In this document: piece by piece, positions 58,687 through 64,000 of the stretch | Layout: each line of letters begins with the position of its first letter | How positions within the stretch are numbered: position 1 is the stretch's first letter | Assembly (NCBI GenBank): GCA_964583985.1 | Contig: CAZOYD010000004.1 | Span: 18,809-82,808 of the forward strand | Direction of reading: 5' to 3' | DNA: 64,000 nt | Source of the DNA: an uncultured archaeon | GTDB taxonomy: Archaea; Asgardarchaeota; Lokiarchaeia; Sigyniarchaeales; SOKP01 | Translations under genes and position numbers: made by a program | Notes under the pieces: generated by a model | What the model saw: the letters and a program-made list of their open reading frames with translations, nothing else | The model's database searches: none | Told to the model about the DNA's origin: nothing

Positions 58687-59868
58687 GTGACTGAACGAGT
58701 TCCTGAAAATATTGTAGTTTGTATAGATACTTCTAGATCCATGTTTAGAACAGACTATAGGCCAAACAGACTAAAAGCCAGTGTAGATGCGTTGAAAAAA
58801 TTGATTAGTGAAAGGTTAGCACTTGATTCTAATAGCTATTTTGCGATAGTGAAATTTTCATCGAAAGCAAAAAAAATAAGCGATTTTACCAATATTAAAG
58901 AGGATCTCTATGGAACTCTGAATAATATTAAGTTATCAGGAAAATCATCGATGGGTGAAGCGATCGGTTTATCAATTAAAATGATTATTGCTGAATTAAG
59001 GAAAATTGCTGCAAAAACTCCGCGCATCCTCCTTGTAACTGATGGGATGTATTCAAAAATGGCGGTGGATCCTTTAAAGATGGCTAGATTAGCTCAAGGA
59101 TTGAAAATTAAAATTGATTCTATGCGCTTAGGAGAATTGTCAACCAATAATATATTGAAGAAAATTAGCGATATTACAGGAGGAAATTATTACTTTAATA
59201 ATGATAGTGATACTTTACTTCGATCAGCCCATGATCTAGCAGAGTCAAATATCAAGACTTATGGTGGAGGTATAGGCACGTTTATACAAAATTCTGTTTT
59301 TCTGAGAAAAATAGCTGCCGATTTACTGAGAGTTCAAGATTTAACCAAAGATCAAGAGCAAAGATTATTACAAATAAGAGGATTAGCAGATTATAAAAAA
59401 TGCTCAATTTGTTTCTCTGATACTAATCCTTATACTAAAAGTTCATTTTACGTGAGTGGTAGATATTGTCCCAGTTGCCAAACCCCGTATCATATTCATT
59501 GTTTAGCAGGGTGGGCAGAATCACAAAAAGATGCCAAAATGAAACGTGCTGGAACTGTGAGATGTCCACATTGTTTCTATTTATTGAAAATTCCTACAGA
59601 AGTCACACAAATTCAAAAATTTAAAACGCTAGCAAGACCAAGTATTCAATCTAGAGAGTTGCCTGAAGGTCCGCAACAATTTGACGCTAAAATAGTAAAA
59701 TTTGATTCGGATGCAATGTTTATTTCATGTCCAGTATGTAATTTAATCTTTGATGATGGGCAAAAAATTGTAAAATGTGGAAGTTGTGGAACTCTTTATC
59801 ATGAACATTGCTTTAAAGAATTAAAAAATGGGCAGTGCAAAATCTGTGAATCATTCTTAAAGCTTTAA
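58687..59868 (+). CDS. von Willebrand factor A domain protein with two C-terminal C4HC3 (RING-CH / PHD-type) zinc fingers
   Basis: 393 aa, GTG start. MIDAS DTSRS plus LLVTDG. Finger 1 (59401-59574): C-x2-C-x18-C-x2-C-x4-H-x2-C-x20-C-x2-C with HCLAGW. Finger 2 (59728-59847): C-x2-C-x12-C-x2-C-x4-H-x2-C-x8-C-x2-C. Confidence 0.8.
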   Translation: MTERVPENIVVCIDTSRSMFRTDYRPNRLKASVDALKKLISERLALDSNSYFAIVKFSSKAKKISDFTNIKEDLYGTLNNIKLSGKSSMGEAIGLSIKMIIAELRKIAAKTPRILLVTDGMYSKMAVDPLKMARLAQGLKIKIDSMRLGELSTNNILKKISDITGGNYYFNNDSDTLLRSAHDLAESNIKTYGGGIGTFIQNSVFLRKIAADLLRVQDLTKDQEQRLLQIRGLADYKKCSICFSDTNPYTKSSFYVSGRYCPSCQTPYHIHCLAGWAESQKDAKMKRAGTVRCPHCFYLLKIPTEVTQIQKFKTLARPSIQSRELPEGPQQFDAKIVKFDSDAMFISCPVCNLIFDDGQKIVKCGSCGTLYHEHCFKELKNGQCKICESFLKL

Positions 59869-59969
59869 ACATTAATAATGGCGATAATAAACTATTTTTG
59901 TGAAAGGGTGAATATTAAATTCTCAAGTAATCGATATAACATCAAGGTTGTGAGGGAAAAGTCGTAATC

Positions 59970-60845
59970 ATGCCAGATTTTTATGAATATGGAACTCTTA
60001 AATTGGGATATGGGAATTTTAAACGTCCTCCAATATTAATTGGAACCATGTTTTATCAAGGTCAAACACTCGTAGAACGTGATGATCCTTCTAAATTCAA
60101 TATTGAAAAAGCAGAAAAACGGATATTAAAGCAAAAGTCCTTAGCAATGCAATATAAAATTCCAGATTTATTAGAAATTTCTGCTGATACTCCTAAAGCA
60201 ATGTTGAAGTATCTAGATTTTTACCTTGATCATTTTGAGCCTCCATTTGTTCTTGGGGGTACTCTTGAAGCAAGATCTGCAGGACTTGAATATCTTAATG
60301 AACGAGGGATAAAACCGACTGAATTTATATACAATGCAATCTCGAATTTAAAAAATAAAGCTGAAATAGATCTTCTTAAGAGATTTAAAATTCAATCTGC
60401 AGTAATTTTGATTTTAGCTTCACCAGATATGACATCTACTCAACGATATGCTTATATCACGGAGAAAAGCCAACAAAATGATATTAATATAATAGATGGT
60501 TTGAAGAAATTGGGTATTGAGAGAATTTGGATTGATGGAGGTGTCATAAATCTAGAAAGTTTAGCACATATTATGGAAACACAACAAATGATATCAACAT
60601 CACTTAAATTACCTGTCGGTACGGCTCCAAACCTCTTTCTATTCAAGTATTCGTCTCCTCGATTAAACGAGAAATTTCACACTAGATACAGAAGGGCCAG
60701 CATCATGTTCATCGCTACTTGGTACTCGAATTTTATATATTATGGTCCAATTGAAGATGCAACTGAGTGTTTTGCATCAGCATATCAATCTTATGAGTAT
60801 AAAAAAATAGTATCTGAACATAATATCCGACTTATGGATAGTTAA
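59970..60845 (+). CDS. MtrH-family (tetrahydromethanopterin S-methyltransferase subunit H-like) methyltransferase
   Basis: 291 aa. Aligns by eye to MtrH: IGTMFYQGQ..VERD...FN..KAEK, YLDFYL, PFVLGGT.EARSAG, YNAIS, LPVGTAPN, YGPIEDATECFASA. Confidence 0.75.
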   Translation: MPDFYEYGTLKLGYGNFKRPPILIGTMFYQGQTLVERDDPSKFNIEKAEKRILKQKSLAMQYKIPDLLEISADTPKAMLKYLDFYLDHFEPPFVLGGTLEARSAGLEYLNERGIKPTEFIYNAISNLKNKAEIDLLKRFKIQSAVILILASPDMTSTQRYAYITEKSQQNDINIIDGLKKLGIERIWIDGGVINLESLAHIMETQQMISTSLKLPVGTAPNLFLFKYSSPRLNEKFHTRYRRASIMFIATWYSNFIYYGPIEDATECFASAYQSYEYKKIVSEHNIRLMDS

Positions 60846-61012
60846 ATTATTAGAAAAAATAATGCTTAATTCATTAAATAAAGTATAAATAAAGCTATTT
60901 TCTATGAATAAATATAGTTAAAGTAATTCTGAAATTATTTGAATTATACTTGGAAAAGCTGAAAGAAATAAAAATAGAGAGATACTACTATCGTTGTTGG
61001 AGGTCATGAATA

Positions 61013-62167
61013 ATGTTTAATCAAGATGATAAAGAAGAACAAGAAATTCAAGCAATAAAGCTTATAGATCAAGCAGAAGTGCTTGCTGATCGAGGAAAAG
61101 GAGAAGAAGCAATTAAAATATATGAACAAGCAGCACAAATATATTTAGATCTTGGAAGCTATTTAAAATTGGATGAACTATTCATCCGAATAACATCCAT
61201 AATACTAAAATTTAAAAATCACATCCAGGCTACATACAGATTGAAATCAATCATTAGAAAAACGGAGGAATTAAAGCTATTTGAAATTTCTGCCAAATTA
61301 TTAGTTAATTTAGGAAATATTGCTTTTAAAATGAATGATTGGGAGACTGCTGGTGAGAGTTGGAGTCAAGCTTCTGATTATTTATATACAGCAGATCCTG
61401 AAGAATTTCATAATTTAGCTTCGATCCTATTACTAAAAGCAGGACAATCTTATGAACGGGCATCGCAAACCAGAGAATTGGGAAAGAAACTTATTTTCAA
61501 AGCAGTAATGAGACATAACAAGTTTTTTGAACTTTACCAAGAAGAAGAAAAACAGGCTCAATTGTTAATAGCAAATAAAGATTTTGAAGCAGCATCTAGA
61601 AAATTCCTTGAAGTCTCCCATTATTTCAAGAAAACATTGGATAATTTAGGTGATCTTTTAAATGATGAGGAAGATAAAGATACCATGCTTAACGCAAAAG
61701 CAAGATTCATTCATTTTGTTGCAGAGTATCAAACAATATCGGCCATCTGCTTATTTGCAACAAATAATCCAGAAAATAACGAGCAGATACAAGATCTTGG
61801 AAGGAATTCCATTAATTTATTTAAGGATTCCATATCCTTACTTCAAGATTATTTATACTCCAAAAAGAAAGAATTTGATAAGGAGATAGTACTAAGAATA
61901 ACCTTTGATACAATGTTATTAGCAATTATTCAAAGAATGTTGAATATTAAAGAAATCAACTGCATTGAAAATCTCTTAACCCCAATTGAAAGCAATAAAG
62001 CTATTGTCAAGGATATTAAGAAAAGTCCCTACTTTAAAATAACTCAACAAATTGAAGAAGTGGGAATAAATGATACTTTAAACAGTATTCTAAAAATAAA
62101 TTTAGGACACTTCGAAAACATAAAAAATGCCCTGGTTACGCATTTTCTGAATCAAAATCCAATATAA
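61013..62167 (+). CDS. TPR-like helical-repeat protein
   Basis: 384 aa. Repeated about 34-40-aa helix pairs with A/G/Y/L spacing (EEAIKIYEQAAQIYLDLGSY; WETAGESWSQASDYLY). Confidence 0.5.
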   Translation: MFNQDDKEEQEIQAIKLIDQAEVLADRGKGEEAIKIYEQAAQIYLDLGSYLKLDELFIRITSIILKFKNHIQATYRLKSIIRKTEELKLFEISAKLLVNLGNIAFKMNDWETAGESWSQASDYLYTADPEEFHNLASILLLKAGQSYERASQTRELGKKLIFKAVMRHNKFFELYQEEEKQAQLLIANKDFEAASRKFLEVSHYFKKTLDNLGDLLNDEEDKDTMLNAKARFIHFVAEYQTISAICLFATNNPENNEQIQDLGRNSINLFKDSISLLQDYLYSKKKEFDKEIVLRITFDTMLLAIIQRMLNIKEINCIENLLTPIESNKAIVKDIKKSPYFKITQQIEEVGINDTLNSILKINLGHFENIKNALVTHFLNQNPI

Positions 62168-62204
62168 ACGCATTTAATGGAACTAAGATAAATCTATTTC
62201 ATTT

Positions 62205-62564
62205 TTAAAATTGAATCAATAGCTTATTATATTTGAGCTTACTTATTTTTCGTACACCATGTTGTCCTGAACAATAGTTACACTCAATTAATCCTGCCTC
62301 CTTAAGCTTTTTAACTTGTGCTGAGATGTTTGCTTCTGTCATATCTAACTTAGAAGCAAGATCTGAAACATCGAGATTATCTTCACTGACTTGAATATGT
62401 CGCAAGATTTTACGACGAGTCTCTGATGAAAGTGCTTTAACTATTAAATCAATTTCATTATCGGAAACAATCGTACTAGAGTTATCCTTATCATTTACTA
62501 ATCTTAATTCCAACTGCTCTTGAATTTCTGATCCTTCTGAAAAATTTGTTTCGGTCAATTCCAT
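62205..62564 (-). CDS. ArsR-type winged-helix transcriptional regulator
   Basis: 119 aa. SSETRRKILRHIQ..LDVSDLASKLDMTEANISAQVKKLKEAGLIE. Confidence 0.75.
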   Translation of the reverse strand: MELTETNFSEGSEIQEQLELRLVNDKDNSSTIVSDNEIDLIVKALSSETRRKILRHIQVSEDNLDVSDLASKLDMTEANISAQVKKLKEAGLIECNYCSGQHGVRKISKLKYNKLLIQF

Positions 62565-63172
62565 TTAGCTTATTCAACCCTTAATATAAAAAATATTAAT
62601 GCATTCAACGGGATACATAAGTAATTTTATCTTAATAAGTGTAATCCCTTATTCGTATGTAATTCTAAAGTGCAATTGTAACACATCAATACTTTTGATA
62701 TAATAAAAAACAAAAATATTTAATTAATTGAAATTAAACCTTCTTTTTCCCTTTTAGATTAAACACTTACTTTTGACTATTTTTATGAAAGCGAAATATT
62801 AAATGCGAATCAAATTTTAATGAAACATGTTTTATCCCCCACTATATTTAGTTAAAAGGTTGTTTATTTAATTTATAAGGATTTAAACCGAATTTAAAAA
62901 TTCAATGAAATTAAAAGTAATGTTGGAAAATTTAGGATAATGATAATGAACTATTCTTTATCTTAAAAAGTATAATTCAAAATGGGAAAATAAAGTCAAA
63001 TTTTCGCAGATAATCGTAATTATAATATAAATTCGAAAGCTAGTAAATTTTTTGAAATTTATTCATAATTATTTTAAAAAAAGAAAGTATTTAATTACAA
63101 ATAAGAATAATTGTTACTTATATTACAAAAGAGTACATCTATTACTAATTAAAATGATGAGATTGAATAAAA

Positions 63173-63775
63173 ATGAGCAGACTAACAAGTTCAGAAACAA
63201 GTGTTTTAACTATTAGAATAGATAAAGAATTAAATGAACATTTAGAAAAGATGAAAAATCGATTAGGCGTGTCTAAAGCAGATATTATTAGGAATTTTCT
63301 TGAATTATCCAAGGTTTTAATAAAACAGAAAAACTCATTGAAATCATTAAATGATCGCGATTTCATAATTGTTAAAAGAAGTTTCCTAAGAAAATTAATA
63401 GTCTCTTCTGATGAATCGGAACAAATTTTGCTCGGGGATAAATTAGCTCGATTTATAATTGATATTGCAAGAATCTCAGGAAATGTTGATGATATAAATT
63501 ATAAATTAGATATGTGTGATAATTTAGGATTCTTTCCAAAATTCATTGATGAAGATAATTTTGTTTTGGTTACTAAAAAATTTGGTCCAACAAAATTTGC
63601 AGAAGCCTTCCTTTTTAGATTATTTAATCATAAAGAAATGGATAATGATTATACTGAAGAAAATCTCAAGGGAAACAAGAGTTTAACACAAAAATACAAG
63701 AATGATTTCAAGATCGTCCAGAGATCTGAATCTCATTATACATTTGAATTTACAAAGATTGATCAAAATGTGTAA
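63173..63775 (+). CDS. ribbon-helix-helix domain protein with C-terminal domain of unknown function
   Basis: 200 aa. N-terminal LTIRIDKELNEHLEKMKNRLGVSKADIIRNFLELS is RHH-like. Confidence 0.5.
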   Translation: MSRLTSSETSVLTIRIDKELNEHLEKMKNRLGVSKADIIRNFLELSKVLIKQKNSLKSLNDRDFIIVKRSFLRKLIVSSDESEQILLGDKLARFIIDIARISGNVDDINYKLDMCDNLGFFPKFIDEDNFVLVTKKFGPTKFAEAFLFRLFNHKEMDNDYTEENLKGNKSLTQKYKNDFKIVQRSESHYTFEFTKIDQNV

Positions 63776-63777
63776 AA

Positions 63778-63984
63778 TTAAATGTTATCAATTATTTCTT
63801 TTAAACCCAAGATCGGAATTATGATATTATTAGGTCTATAAAGTAATTCATAATCGAGTTCATGAAGTGCTCTTTCAATGGTATAATATTTAATTAAAAT
63901 GAAATGGAGTTTTAAACTCGGATTAAATATTTTGCTTACTAATTTTTTTTCCCAAGAATTCAGGAGATTTAATAATATCTCCAA
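63778..63984 (-). CDS. hypothetical protein, possibly truncated by the window end
   Basis: 68-aa ORF convergent with the preceding gene. The frame may continue beyond the window. Confidence 0.25.
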   Translation of the reverse strand: MEILLNLLNSWEKKLVSKIFNPSLKLHFILIKYYTIERALHELDYELLYRPNNIIIPILGLKEIIDNI

Positions 63985-64000
63985 TATTTTTTGCTTTTTT

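Noticed and set aside
58687-59868. Orthology of the vWA-zinc-finger protein to TFIIH p44/Ssl1 or to Sec23/24
   Set aside because: Only the domain-level layout is similar. The finger types (two C4HC3 here), their order and the missing accessory domains differ. I treat this as analogy, not orthology.
61013-62167. Possible alpha-SNAP/Sec17-like identity of the TPR-like protein
   Set aside because: The resemblance is limited to generic TPR-like helix-pair spacing, with nothing specific to SNAP family motifs. I kept the call as a TPR-like repeat protein only.
62600-62650. Imperfect inverted repeat GGGATACA...TGTAATCCC just upstream of the ArsR-type regulator gene start
   Set aside because: The arms are only about 5 bp of clean pairing with mismatches and a 30-nt spacer. 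This is too weak to call an operator or an RNA hairpin.
1-64000. Searched for CRISPR arrays, tRNA/rRNA genes, and transposases, integrases or other mobile-element hallmarks
   Set aside because: I saw no regularly spaced direct repeats, no G+C-rich islands of tRNA/rRNA size in the AT-rich intergenic regions, and no DDE/tyrosine-recombinase-like ORFs. This was a by-eye inspection only; tRNAscan-SE, Infernal and a repeat finder should confirm it.

Overview
Very AT-rich, gene-dense archaeal chromosomal window with about 57 protein-coding genes. By eye I found no rRNA, tRNA, CRISPR array, transposase or integrase. Archaeal hallmark genes are RadA, the tRNA-splicing endonuclease EndA, GlmS/GlmM hexosamine genes, a long-form PurC, the CODH/ACS alpha subunit CdhA and an MtrH-like methyltransferase. 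There is also a complete, translationally coupled A/V-type ATPase operon in the unusual order K-C-H-F-E-A-B-D-I. Metabolic blocks: (1) FGGY kinase, MBL hydrolase and a GlcD-like FAD oxidase / CCG Fe-S pair; (2) a four-gene 2-hydroxyacyl-CoA dehydratase / benzoyl-CoA reductase-type cluster with one activase and three HGD-D subunits, two of them tandem paralogues; (3) two GH13 glycosidases, a divergent PGM-like protein, an NDP-sugar pyrophosphorylase and a GalT-like gene. The most interesting region is about 51-62 kb. It holds two Arf/Sar-like small GTPases: one is fused to a C-terminal roadblock/LC7-like domain (Rag/Gtr-like architecture) and the other carries an uncharacterised N-terminal domain of about 170 aa. 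The same region holds a V4R (Bet3/TRAPP-related) protein, a vWA protein ending in two C4HC3 RING-CH/PHD-type zinc fingers, a protein with tandem Trp-acidic motifs plus a zinc ribbon, and a TPR-like protein. These eukaryote-signature domains in an archaeal context suggest an Asgard (Lokiarchaeia-like) genome. The neighbourhood is my best candidate for a poorly described GTPase / roadblock / V4R / RING regulatory module. Separately, two genes (atpC and a YdjM-like hydrolase) have conserved N-termini lying upstream of any ATG/GTG/TTG but directly behind a GGTGAT Shine-Dalgarno-like motif. This suggests near-cognate start codons or local sequence errors. All functional calls rest on motif recognition by eye; no searches were run.
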